From the NCBI RefSeq assembly GCF_009914755.1, contig NC_060934.1: 64,000 nucleotides of DNA, one strand, 5' to 3'. The DNA is from the human T2T-CHM13v2.0 reference genome, Homo sapiens. The position numbers and the translations under genes are program-made. Under the pieces are notes generated by a model that did no database searches, was not told where the DNA came from, and saw only the letters and a program-made list of their open reading frames with translations. Of this stretch, positions 1-15,303 are shown in pieces (positions within the stretch are counted from its first letter, which is position 1; the number at the start of each line of letters is the position of its first letter).

Positions 1-543
1 GCCCTCTGCCAGTGAGGGAAAGGGACCAGTGTTGACAGCCTTTTTGGGTATCAGCCCTTGGTGCATACTGAATCCTTGTTTGGTGCCCAAGAAGAATGAG
101 GTCACATGAACGAATTGAAGGATGGTGGATGAGGATAATTTTATTGATCAATGAAAGCAGATCTCAGCCGAAAGGGGAGCTGGAAAGGAGATGGGAAGGG
201 CAGGTTGCTCTCCCTTGAAAGCCTCTGTTTGACATCCAGCTGCTGTCTCTGAAGTCAAGGTGCCTCTTCCCAGTGTCCAGCTGCTTCTCCTCTCTACAGG
301 CTGAGCCTGGGGTCTTTGTAGGCACAGGATGAGGGGTAGGGCAGGCCATAGATTGCTTTGGAAAAGGCAACATCTGATTGGCAAAAAGACGTTATTCAGA
401 AAGAACCAATCAGGAGACAGTGGGCACACAGGGATAGAAGTTCTCACTTTGGGTGGCAGGTTTCAGGATTTCCAGAAGGTGGGGTTTTGCCACAGATCCA
501 CCCCTGTCTGCAGAGAATTTCTCTGCCTCTTGCCTCTATCCAG
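1..543 (-). mobile_element. ERV1-type LTR (MER52/LTR1-like), cut by the window edge
   Basis: aagaagaatgaggtcacatgaacgaattgaaggatgg...ttttatt pattern recalled from this LTR group. Confidence 0.5.
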
Positions 544-1004
544 ATAGCTCCTTAAAATGAGAGGTAAAAGGAAGACATAAACACCTTGGTAATGAAGCCT
601 CCAACCACAGCACAATCATTGGATGTTTTTTCTCACAATTTTTTGTTTTCAAAGCTATAGTAAATGAAACAGCTACTTGAATTATCAAAAGAATAGCAGT
701 TTTACACAATGAGAAGCATACATGCCAAGCAAAAATATAGTAGCACTTGGGCATAGAGTCCAGGGACCCTTCGTGCACCTGATAGGGAAGCCCAGGGCCT
801 CGGTAGGTGTTGTGGGGGTGCTGGAAGGAGGCCAATCATGCTCCCAGCATATGGCTCAGCTCAAAGCACAACAGCAAATTCTAGAAAACAAATAAATATA
901 TAACACCATGCCAACAGTAATTGGCACTATTAGCACCAATTAATAATATTAGCACTATTTTAATAAGTGCTATGAAGAGACATGAAATAGAACCAGGAGC
1001 TCAA

Positions 1005-1165
1005 GCAGTGGGACTCAACCTGGGCCCAACGCTGTAAACACCCAAGAGCTTTAAAACATATTGTTGCCTTGGTTCTACTTGGAGAGTTCTATTCCAATTG
1101 GTCTGGAGTTTAGCTTGGGAATCTGAATTTTAAGCACTTTGGGTGGGTCTAATGTACTGATGAGC
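1005..1165. mobile_element. MER5-type hAT-Charlie fragment
   Basis: cagtgggactcaacctggg...caattggtctggagtttagcttgggaatctgaattttaagcac. Confidence 0.45.
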
Positions 1166-2089
1166 AGTGACTACCAATAAGGGCACACTGGCACTTGAGG
1201 CTTTCACTCACATTTCATTGGCCAAAGCAAGTCATATTCCTGACCTGCACTCCAGGCAAGAGGGCAGTGCCATTCCAGGTGTGCCCTGGAGAAAGGGAAT
1301 GTGCGTGAAGCCCCTTAATGGTGGCCACAAGCTCCTCCTCCCTTGCTTGAGTCCAAGTGAAGAACTGTTTTTCTATTAAATCCAATTCTATGACTTTCCC
1401 TAACATTCACACACAAAGTAATGCAATACAGACCCACATACCAGCAGATCGCTACTAGCTGAGTGTGTGACCAGTTTGAGTATCTGGATGGGCCAGATGT
1501 TCACAGTGGCCACACTTAGCCACAAAACACAACAGCCTTCAATGTCCCAGCCCTTGGCCTAACCATCATTGCTCTCCAAGCATGTGGAGGCTTCAGCTTT
1601 CTCACTTCCGGAGCCGAGGTGACACTGTTATGCACTGGCTAGTTTAGCTTTTTTGGGTGCAACATCTGGAGCAAATGTGTAACTTGATGTTGGTCACTTT
1701 TACACAAAAATAAATAGTCTGTATCCGACAGACCCAGTGAAAGGTGCTGTTTGTTTAGACAGTGGATTTGTTGTGCATTTCATTTAGCTAATGAATCTTG
1801 GAACTCTCAACATAAACAATCAGGAAACTTAAACCCTTAAGGAGCCTAAGAGATAGGAATGTTTTCTTCAGTGTGAATCATGAGCTAATTATTGTTCCTA
1901 AAACTGTAAACCAAATTAATTATGCCTACCTAGTAGCTAGAGAACATGAAGGATCCAGCACCTGCCTTGTGTTCAAATATGGACTATTTAGAGACAAGAG
2001 GTGTGTTCGATTTTTCTGCTTGCTAGAACATACTCTCTTTCAAGTTTCTTCAAGTAGCAGGGGTCCCTTGTAAAGATGTACATGAGTTA

Positions 2090-3340
<1,251 letters not shown>

Positions 3341-4089
3341 TGAGCAAGATCCACACTGCCATTTTTTAAAACCAAAGGTCACATGTCCAATGGAGCTCAT
3401 TGACTATCTTGTCTATGTACTGAGAAGGTTTCTTTTTTCTCCTCTATGACCTACTACTTGGATCAGCTGAGAATCCTCATTTCACCCCCAGAGAAATGTT
3501 CTTCTTTGACCTACTCTTGGGAGCTGGAGGCAGATTATGGTAAGTTTGGACCCAGGAAGATCTGGGTAGCCTACTTGCCTGACCACATCACTGCTGAATC
3601 CAGACCCTGCTCCACAAATGGATGCCTCAGTGATGTGCTCCCATGTTTCCAGGTTTCAACAACAGCCTTGCCCCTGACCTTTTCAGAAGGGATGCTCTTA
3701 CACATCCAGGGAATCTAAACCCAGAGATTCAGTTGAACTTATCCCAGGAACCTACCGGCAATTAACTCATTTTATTGCAGTTAAGTTTGTATTTGCTATT
3801 CAGTCAAAACTGAGCAATGTATCCTTTGAGGATACAAACAAGTTGGAAATCTATAAAGAAAGGCAAAGGAATTACTAACACAAAGGTTTGGAGAGGAATT
3901 TCCTTGGGGTGGAGGCTCGGGGCTGTCATAGAGAAGACGATCAAAGGGCGCTTCTAAGCTACTGACATGATTCTTCTGAGCCTGAGATAAGTGTATGCGG
4001 GAATTAATTTTATTCTTCTTCTGCTCTTACATAAACATTTTCTATTCTATTATGCATGATACATTTCACAAAACAAAATTATTCTTTTA

Positions 4090-5093
<1,004 letters not shown>

Positions 5094-5831
5094 TAAAAGA
5101 AAGAAGACTGACAGGACCAAAGCAAATGTTATAAAGGATGCAGAATCATATCCTGCTAATAGGAGAGCAAATTGGTAAACCTCCTTGGAAAGCAATTTGG
5201 AAATATCTCATCAAGTTGAACCAGCAACTACACTCCTAGGTACATGCTCTAGGAAAACGTCTTTCATATGTGCATCAGGAAACATCTACAGGAACGTTCC
5301 AACCAGGCTTGCACATGATAACTAAAAAGGAAGAAAGAAAAAAGAGCAGCAATATAAAAGGTCCCAAAGAAGAGATTGTATTTAAAGAAATTCTATTATT
5401 TCCTTGGTCTGTGTGTCTGCTTTTACTGCAATACCATGCTACTTTGATTACTATAGCTTTGTAGTAGATTTTGAAATCAGATAGTGGGATGTTTTGCTTT
5501 GGCTATTCAGATTCTTTTGTGTTTGCATAAAAATTTTAGAATTGTTTTATAGTTCTGTGAAAAAGATTATTGAAATTTTGATAGAGATTGCATTGAATCT
5601 CTAAATCATTTTGAGTAATATGGACATCTTAACAATGATCATTCTTTTAATCCATGAACACAGGGTATCTTTTCATTTATTTGTACTTTAAATTTCTTTA
5701 ATCAGTGTCTTATAGTTTGTAGTGTACAGATCTTTCACCTCCTTAATCAGATGTATTCCTATTTTATTGTTTTTGATGCTGTTGTAAATGGGATTGTTTT
5801 CTTAGTTTCTTTTTTGGATAGTTCCTTGTTA

Positions 5832-6131
<300 letters not shown>

Positions 6132-6554
6132 TCAAAAAAGTAAATACATAAATAAATAAATAAATAAATAAATATAAAAGAAAAACACAACTGATTTTTG
6201 TATATTGATTTTGCATCCTGCAACTTTACTGAAGTTGATCGTTCTAACAGGTTTTTTGGTGGTGTGTGCTGGGTTTTATATATTTCAGATCATGGCATTT
6301 CATCTGCAAACAAATAATTTAATTTCTTTCTTTCCAATTTGGGTGTCTTTTATTTTTCCCTCTTGCTTAATTATTCTGGCTAAGATTTCAAGTACTATGT
6401 TGAGTAGAAAGCATGAGAGTGGGTACCTTTGTCTTGTTCATAATATTAGTAGAAAAACTTCCACCTTTTCACCCTTGTGAATGATTTTAGCTGTGGGCTT
6501 GTCATATGGCCTTTATTATGCTGGGGTGCATTCCTTCTATATACAATTTGGTGA

Positions 6555-6794
<240 letters not shown>

Positions 6795-6941
6795 TAAACT
6801 CCTGACCTCAAGTGATCCACCGCCTCGGCCTCCCAAAGTTCTGGGATTACAGGCATGAGCCACCGCGCCTGGCCATGTGAGAGTTTTTATCCTGAAAGGA
6901 AGTTAAATTTTGTCAAATGCTTTTTCTGCATCTATTGAGAT

Positions 6942-7360
6942 TATTAAGGCCAACTAAATATGGCCTGAGAAAGACTGCGTAGTTCTATATTTGAGTCCTT
7001 GTAGATGAACTGTAACCTAATTTAATAGGTAGACAACATTGAAAACGTAAATTAGGAGTATGCACCTGTAACAATAGCTAAGTATTGGCATTGTACTTCA
7101 ACGCTCATACACTGCCAAGTGTTCAAACTGTGTTCAAATAAGGCAAACGCCAACCTGTAAGCAATCCAGCTGTTTCTGTACCTTGCTTCCAATTTTTGTA
7201 CGTCAGTTTACGTTTTTGTCTATAAATTTGTTCCGACCGCAAGGCACCCCTGGAGTCTCTCTGAATCTGCTGTGATTCTGGGGGCTGCCCAACTCGCGAA
7301 TCATTCATTGCTCAATTAAACTCCTTTAAATGTAATTCAGCTGAAGTTTTTCCTTTAACA
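6942..7360 (+). mobile_element. MER57A-type ERV1 solo LTR
   Basis: aactaaatatggcctgagaaagact...ctgaagtttttcctttaaca; 4-bp TSD AGAT; TATAAA and ATTAAA inside. Confidence 0.8.
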
Positions 7361-7987
7361 AGATGATCATATAACTTTACCCTTCAGTCTGTTAATGTGG
7401 TGCATCACATTTATTAATTTATTTGAAGCATCCTTGTATCCCAGGGATAAATCCCACTGGATTATGGTGGATGACCCTTTAAATGTGCTGTTGAATTTGG
7501 TCTGCTAGTATTTCAATGGGAATTTTTGCATCTGTATTCATTAGAGATATTGGCCTTTGATTTTCTTTTTTTGTAATGTCTTTGTCTGGCTTTGGTATCA
7601 GGGTAATGCTGGCCTCATAAAATTAGTTGGGAAGCATTCTCTGCTCTTCAATTTTTTGTTAGTGTTTAAGAAGGATTGGCATTAATTCTCCTTTAAAAGA
7701 GTGATGCAATTCACTAATGAGGTCATCTGGTCCTGGGTGTTTCTTTGTTGGGAGGTTTTTGATTACTGATTTAATCTCCTTATTTGTTATTGGTCTGTTA
7801 AGATTTTCTATTTCTTCATAATTTAGTCTTGCTAGTTTGTACGTATGTTTCTAGGAATTTGTTCATTTCTTCTAGGTTATCCAATTTGTTGGCATATAAT
7901 TATTTATACTAGTCTATTATCCTTTGTATTTTCTGTGACATCTGTTGTAAGCTCTCCTCTTTCACGCTAATTTTACTTGTTTGAGTC

Positions 7988-8508
7988 TATAATTACCATT
8001 TCCCTGAGTCTGGTAAGACAGAACAAACACATGTTATATGAAGCAGATGGATTGCTTCCAGATAGACAGCAAGGGACCAATCAAAAAGGCCTAGAATCCC
8101 TTGTGAGCCAGTCCCCCAACATTCATGAAAGCTGCATAGGATGGGATGGATAATAGCTGGACTGCATGGTCCTCATTTGCACCACAGCTGAGGGACCCTG
8201 AAAGGCAGCCCACCTCAGGTTATATATCTCAAGGACCACATGACATCCTGGGCAAAGCTTTGAAGGACATCCTGATTCCAGGGGAGGGAGGAAAAAAGTC
8301 CAGGCTGTCTCAGGTACTTTCTCCCTAACTTACAAGGTTACATTCCCTAGGAAGGACAGGACTACGGTGCAGATTGTTTCAGGCAATTTCTTCCTGCCTC
8401 AGGGTAATGCATTCCTACCACATTCTATAGTTATTCTTGAGAACTGCAAGTGAGACAGGGAAAAAACTAGGTGGTCCAAGACCACTCTGAAGAGGCCACT
8501 GTCCTGCA
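7988..8508 (-). mobile_element. ERVL-type solo LTR (LTR42-like, tentative)
   Basis: Interrupts the L1; minus begins TGCAGGACAG; 5-bp TSD GAGTC/AAGTC. Confidence 0.55.
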
Positions 8509-9399
8509 AAGTCCTCTCTTTTTCTTAGTCTAACTAAAAGTTTGCCAACCTTATTTCTATTTTCGAAAGACAACTCTTAGTTTCACTGATCTTTCCAATT
8601 GTTTTCCTCATCTCGGTTTCTTTGATTTCTGCTCGGATTGTTGTTTCTTTGCTTCTGTTGACTTTGGGCTTAGTTTGTTCCTTTTCTCTTAGGTGTAAAG
8701 TTAGGCTGCTTTGTGAGAGCCCCCTTTTTTTTTCTTTTTTTGGAGATGGAGTCTCTCTCTGTCGTCCTGGCTGGAGTGCAGTGGTGCAATTTCTACTCAC
8801 TGCAACCTCAGCCTCCTGGGCTCAAGTGATTCTCCTGCCTCAGCCTCCTGAGTAGCTGGGATTACAGGCGCGCACCACCACGCTCAGCTAATTTTTGTAT
8901 TCCAGGTTGGTCTCGAACTCCTGACCTAAGTGATCCGCCCGCCTCGGCCTCCCAAAGTGCTGGGATTACAGGAGTGCGTCACTGCACCCAGCCTCTTTTT
9001 TCTTAATGTAGGCATTTATAGCTATGGACTTTCCTCTTAGAACTGCTTTTGCTGTATCCCATAAGAACTTCATTCCATACTCCTTATCAAATATAAAAAT
9101 CAACTTCAGATGAACTATAGACCTAAATGTAAAATGTAAAACCATACAACATCTAGAAGAAAATAAATGAGAAAATCTGCTGCCTTGAGTTAAGCAAAGA
9201 TCCCAAAATCATGACTTAGAAAAGAAAAAGATTATAAACTGGACTTCATCGCAATTAATAACTTCTGCTCTTCAAAAAACACTGACAACAGACTTCAAAG
9301 ATAAGCTACAAACTGGGAGAAAATACCTGCAAATTATCTATCTGATATAGGACTTGTATTCAGAACATATGAATAATACTCAAAACTCAATAAGAACTC

Positions 9400-11540
9400 A
9401 TTTTTTTATTTCAATAGTTTTGGGGGTACAGGTGGGTTTTGGTTACATGGATAAGTTCTTCAGTGGTGATTACTGAGATTTTAGCACACCTGTCACCTGA
9501 GCAGTACCAATATGTAGTCTTTTATCTTTCACTCCCCCCAACCTTCTCCCTACCAAGTCCCCAAAGTCCAGTGTGTATCATTCTATGGCTTTGTGTTCTC
9601 ATAGCATAGCTCCCACTTATAAGTGAGAACATATGATATTTGGTTTTCCATTCCTGAGTTACTTCACTTAGACTAATGGCCTGCAGGTCCATTCAAGTTG
9701 CTGCAAAAGACATTATTTCATTACTTTTATGGCTGAGTAGTATTCCATGGTATGTATATATATACCACATTTTCTTTATCCATTTATTGGTTGATGGGCA
9801 CTTAGATTGGTTCCACATCTTTGCAATTGCGAGTTGTGCTGCTGTAAACATGCATGTGTATGTGTCTTTTTCATATAATGACTTCTTTTCATTGGGTAGA
9901 CACCCAGTAGTGGGATTGCTGGATCAAATGGCGGTTCCATTTTTAGTTCTTTAAGGAACCTCCATACTGTTTTCCATAGCGGTTGTACTAATTTACATTC
10001 CCACCAGCAGTGTAAAAGTGTTCCCTTTTCACCACATCCATACCAACATCAACTGTTTTTTGACTTTTTAATTATGGCCATTCCTGCAGGAGTAAGGTGG
10101 TATCTCAGTATGGTTTTCACTTGCATTTCCCTAATAATTAGTGATGTTGGGTGTTTTTTCATATGCTTGTTGGCCATTTGTACACCTTCTTTTGAGAATT
10201 TTCTATTCATGTCCTCTTGCCTCTTTTTGATAGGATTATTTGTTTTTCCTTGCTGATTTGTTTTAGCTCCTTGTAGATTCTGGATACTAGTCTTCTGTTG
10301 GGTGAATAGTTTGTGAATATTTTCTCCCACTCTGTGGCTTGTCTGCTGATTATTTCTTTTGCTGTGCAGAAGATTTTTAATTTAATTAAGTCCCATTTAT
10401 TTATTTTTATTTTTGTTGCATTTGCTTTTGGGGTTTTAGTCATGAGTTTTTTGCATAAGCCGATGTCCAGAGAAGTTTTTCCAATGTTATCTTCTAGAAT
10501 GTTTATGGTTTCAGGTCTTAGATTTAAGTCTTTGATCTATCTTGAGTTGGTTTTTGTATAAGGTGAGAGATGGAGATCCAGTTTCATTCTCCTACATGTG
10601 GCTCACCTGTTTTCCCAGCACCATTTATTAAATAGGGTCCCCTAGGTTTTTGTATGCTTTGTCGAAGATCAGTTTGCTGTATGCATTTGGGTTTATTTCT
10701 GAGTTCTCTATTCTGTTCCCTTGGTCTATGTGGCTATTTTTATACCAGTAGTACCGTGCCATTTTGGTAAATATAGCCTTGTAATATAATTTGAAGTCAG
10801 GTAATGTGATGCCTCCAGATATGTTTTTTGCTTAGCATTGCTTTGGCTATGTAGGCTCTTTTTTGGTTCCATATGAATTTCAGCGGTTTTTTTTTTCTAG
10901 TTTTGTGAAGAATGATGATGATATTTTGATGGGAATTGCATTGAATCTGTAGATTGCTTTGGGCGGCACGGTCATTTTCACAGTATTGATTCTTCCCATC
11001 CATGAGCATGGAATGTGTTTCCGTTTGTGAAATCTATGATTTCTTTTAGCAGTGTTTTGCAGTTTTCCTTGTAGAGATCTTTCACCTCCTTGGTTAAGTG
11101 TATTCCTAAGTATTTTATTTTATTTTATTTTATTTTTTTATATTTTTTTCAGCTGCTGTAAAGGAGATTGAATTCTTGATTTGATCCTCAACTTGACTGG
11201 TGGTGTAAAGCAATCCTACTAATTTTGAATCCTGAGACCGAATTCATTTATCAGATCTAGGAGCTTTGGATGAGTCTTTAGTGTTTTCTAGGTATGCAAT
11301 CATATCATCGGCAAACAGTGACAGTTTGATTTCCTGTTTTCTAATTTCGATGGCTTTTATTTCTTTCTCTTGTCTGATTGCTCTGGCTAGGACTTCCAGT
11401 ACTATGTTGAATAGAACAGAATAGAAGTGGTGAAAATGGGCATCCTTGTCTTTTTCCAGTTCTCAGAGGGAATGCTTTCAACTTTTCCCCATTTCGTATG
11501 TTGGCTGTGGGTTTGTCATATATGGCTTTTATTACTTTGA
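9400..11540 (-). mobile_element. 5'-truncated L1PB-type element
   Basis: 3' end tttcaatagttttgggggtacaggtgggttttggttacatgg; ORF2 remnant [21 protein letters not shown]; TSD AGAACTCATTTTTT. Confidence 0.88.
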
Positions 11541-11939
11541 GAACTCATTTTTTAATGCAAAAGATTTGACCAAACACCTCAATAAAAAAGATGTAAATAT
11601 GGCCAGTAAGCACGTGAAAAGATGGTAAACATCATTAGCTACCAGGGAAATGCAGATTAACACCAAAATCAGACCCCATTACATGCTCATTTGTAATAAA
11701 GTATCTGACTCCAATTTTGATTTTGGTAGCTAATAGCTTTGACGCTCACCTCTCCTTCTCCTGCCAAACAACTGGGAAAGCTGATAAGAAAACTGGTGTT
11801 CCCTTCTTTAATGCCAGTGGGAAGTTTAAACCACACAACCCTGACCTATGTTTAAGAATCTTCACTTCTTCACCCGCCTCTTAATCACCATTGAATCCCC
11901 AAGCCAGTCTCCTTCCCTTGCTCTCTCAAGCCATTTTCT

Positions 11940-12567
11940 TTGTTGTTGTTGTTTTTGAGATGGGGTCTCACTCTGTCACCCAAGCTGGAGTCCAGTGGCA
12001 CAATAGCAGCTCACTGCAGTCTCGACCTCCCTGGCTCAAGTGATCCTCCTGCCTCAGCCTCCTGAGTAGCTGGGACCACAGGCACATGCCACCATGCCTG
12101 GCTAATTTTTTAAAATTATTATTTGTAGGCCAGGTGCAGAGGCTCACGCCTGTAATCCCAACACTTTGGGAGGCTGAGGCAGGAGGACCGTTTCAGCTCA
12201 GGAGTTTAAAACCAGCCTGGGCAATATAGCAAAACCCCATCTCTATTAAAATTCAGAAAAATTAGCCAGGCATGGTGGTGTGTGCCTGTAGTCCCAGCTA
12301 CTTAGGGGTACTTGGGGGGCTGAGGCAGAAGGATTGCTTGAGCCAAGGAATTCGAGGCTGCAGAAAGCCCTGATCATGCCACTGCACTCCAGCCTGGGCG
12401 ACAGAGCAAGACCCTGTCTCAAAAAAATAAATAAATAAATAATTTTTTGTGGAGACAGGGTCTCACTCTGTTGCCAAAGGTGGTCTTGAACTCCTGGGCC
12501 CAAGTAATCTGCTTGCCTTGGCCTCCCAAAGTGCTTGGATTACAGGCCTGAGCCATTGCACCCGGCC
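11940..12567. mobile_element. Minus-strand Alu with a plus-strand Alu (12128-12440) inserted in its linker
   Basis: Right arm 11940-12127, left arm 12441-12567; TSD-like AATTATTATTTGT / AATAATTTTTTGT. Confidence 0.85.
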
Positions 12568-12594
12568 TCTCAAGACTTTTTTTTTCTTTTTTTT

Positions 12595-12698
12595 AAAATA
12601 TGGAATGCTTCACGAATTTGCCTGTCATCTTGTGCAGGTCTATACTAATCTTCTCTCTATCACTCCAATTTTAGTACATGTGCTGCTGAAGCGAGCAC
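12595..12698 (-). pseudogene. U6 snRNA processed pseudogene with poly(A) tail
   Basis: Minus reads GTGCTCGCTTCAGCAGCACATGTACTAAAATTGG...GAGAAGATTAG...CAAATTCGTGAAGCATTCCATATTTT, followed by an A-tail (12577-12594); ACAGAGA box mutated to ATAGAGA. Confidence 0.95.
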
Positions 12699-14810
12699 TC
12701 AAACCATTTTCAAACCAGCTGGGAAGCCTTCCCTGATCTTCTCAGAGACTCATTACGTAACAAGTCCTTTCACATCTTTTGGGGTGTGTATGTGTGTGTG
12801 CGTGGCATTATCAATATTGGGAATCTGAACCAAATTCTGGGTGAAGGTCCATCCTTCTTATAAAGAGTGACTATAACATCATTAAATGGCTAAAATTTAA
12901 AAGCCTGATGATATTAAATGTTGGTGAAGGTGAGGAGGAAGTAGAACTATTAATATATATATCATGAGAAAGTGAAATTTAAACCCACTTTGGAGAACAA
13001 TTTGACAACTTTTTGAAAAGCCAAATATATATATACTATGTGATGCATTACTTCCACTCCTAGGCATTTGCCCAAGAAAAAGGAAGCATATGTTCATATA
13101 AAGACTTGTATATGATCGGTCACAGCAGCTTTACTTATAACAGCCCCTAAACTGGAAACAACCCAAATGATTAATAAAATGGAACACTATTTGGCAATAA
13201 AAGATTGAACTATGCCATTATTGTGCCACTGCACTCCAGCCTAAGCAACAAAGCGAGACCCTGTCTCAAAAAAAAAAAAAAATTGAACAATCAATATATG
13301 CAAAAACATGGATGAAACTCAAGCAGATTAAAAGAAGTCAGATAGAATACATACTGTATCTTCCCCTTATAATATTTTTTAGAATATACAAATATCTATG
13401 GTTATAGAAAGCAGTTAAGTGCTTGCCTAGGGCCTGGGTTGGGAATGGAGCAGAGGCAGAAAGGAAGAAGAGGGAGGGATACAAAGATGCATCACGAAAA
13501 CTTTGGAGGTGACAAACATATTTAGTATCTTGATTTTGGTGATTGGTGTATATGTCAGAACTTATGTAATTGTATATTTTAGATATGCACGGTTTCTGAT
13601 ATGCCAATTACACTCAATTTGAAAAAAGGCAATAATTTCATGGCGAGTTGTTGTTGATAGAAAAGAGCTTCATCCATGGTATCCATGGGGATTGTAAAAA
13701 TAAATCAATAAGAAAAAAAAAAGAAAAGAGCTTCAAGGACTGTTCCTTGGGCATTTCAGAGATCTCCTATCATATGATATTACCTTCAATTTCCTCCTTT
13801 TTTTTTCTGAATTCCATCTTCCTCTTTCTTGATTTGCTCTTTCATTTTGATGGAAGACACCCCTCAGTGAAATAGTAAGGGTACTTCTGTAAAAATATTT
13901 TTTCCAGCATCAATTTATGACAGTTTGGCTAGGTATAGAATTCCAGGTTAGAATTCTTTCTCCACCAGAACTCTGAAGGCATTGACCATTATCTTGCTAC
14001 TCCATGATGATGTTAAAAAGATCAAACCTATTTTGATTCCTGATATATTCCTTTTCATACGCCCTTTGGTTCCTTTGTACATAATCTTTCCTTCTCTCCC
14101 CATCCCCCATCTCCCTGGAGACCTATAGAATCTTCTAATTGCACCCATCAAAGTTCATGGTAATGTGCTTTAGTGTGAGTTTATTTTTACACATTGTGCT
14201 GGTTACTCAGTGAATGCTGTCAACTTGACAGTGCGTATCTTTCAATTCTGGCAAATTTTTTTGTTGATGATTTTCTCTATTATTCAGATTTTGGACCTAC
14301 TGCTTTGCTCCTTTAATTTGCTTACTTTTTCTTCTTGTTTTCTCTCTCCTACTATCTTTCTTTAATCTTTTTTGGGGGGAAATTTCCTTAACTTTATCCA
14401 TCAGCCTTTATATTGTGTTTTAAAATTGCATTATTATATTTCATTTTTCAAGAATGTTTTGTTCTGAGTGTTTACTATGTATATGTATGATTCTGTTCTT
14501 TAATGAATGCATACATTCACTTGTTTCTCCAAGTATATTCTCCCTCCAAGTACAGGAAAAGTTTTTATCTTTGAGAGGCTCTTGTTCCTGTAGAGTTTCT
14601 GTCCTTCGAGTTACTTTGTTTTGGTTTCTTCCATGTTAAGAGGCTCTTCTGATATTGAGTGCATAATTTCTTTACTGCTGCACAAATTCTCAGACTTGGT
14701 GGCTTAAAATACCACAAATTCATTATCTTACAGTTCTGGAGGCCAGAAATCCTAAAATCAGGGTGTTGGAAGAGCTGTATTCCTATGGAAGCTCTAGAGA
14801 ATGTTTCTCT

Positions 14811-15303
14811 GATGTGCTCATAATCATGCTTTTTTAAAAGTCTGTTTTGGAGCATCAGTGATGGTTACATAATACTTGCTGGTCTCCAGTTTCCACAGGA
14901 GTTAGCAATGGTGAAACCATGCTTACATTCAGCTTTCAGTTTTTACAAGACTCAGACATACTTGAAGGAGGCCTTTTCCATCTTGGCAGCCTCCCCCTCA
15001 AATTTTTTGATGGTTCTTTTGTCAATCAGATGGTGGGCTTGCCTGAATCTACATGTCCAATGACGGCAATGTTGATATGATTCTTTGTTTTTCCCATTTT
15101 GGCCTTAACCCATTTATGCCAAAGGTTGCAAATTTTGGGTGGTGGGGGGGGTGGAATCAGACCTTGGCAATGACCTTGAGCAGGATATAAATGACTCCCA
15201 CAAGCTTAGCGTTCCAATAATGGAACATTAGGCATAAATGGGTTAATTTAGTGGTGGTTTTCACAATACATATATTTTGGTGGCAAACTTGTTATGAATA
15301 AAG
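14811..15303 (-). pseudogene. EEF1A1 processed pseudogene, 5' fragment only, interrupted by MER85
   Basis: 5'UTR-like CTTTATTC...GTTTGCCACCA...GTGAAAACCACCAC, then gccaaaATG at 15097: MGKTKNHINIAVIGHVDSGK, later pieces SFKYV, LKAE, ETSKYYVTITDAP; intronless, frameshifted. Confidence 0.92.
15109..15242 (-). mobile_element. MER85 (PGBD3/piggyBac-derived MITE)
   Basis: TTAA duplication at 15105-15108 and 15243-15246; TIRs CCCATTTATGCC / GGCATAAATGGG; internal palindrome GTTCCAATAATGGAAC at 15211-15226. Confidence 0.93.

Larger units (their letters stand above)
11692..12878 (+). mobile_element. ERVL-type solo LTR (LTR53-like, tentative) containing two Alus and the U6 copy
   Basis: TGTAATAAAG...CTATAACA termini with 5-bp TSD TCATT. 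Confidence 0.6.
9070..13620 (+). mobile_element. Old L1 (L1MC/ME-like) 3' part, host of the nested insertions
   Basis: Collinear pieces at 9070-9400, 11545-11692 and 12878-13620. Confidence 0.7.

Noticed and set aside
9676-11009. ORFs resembling L1 ORF2 ([21 protein letters not shown])
   Set aside because: Fragments of a 5'-truncated, frameshifted L1PB; no intact ORF2
12595-12698. Functional U6 gene
   Set aside because: Poly(A) tail, mutated ACAGAGA box, and inserted within an LTR with no evident U6 promoter
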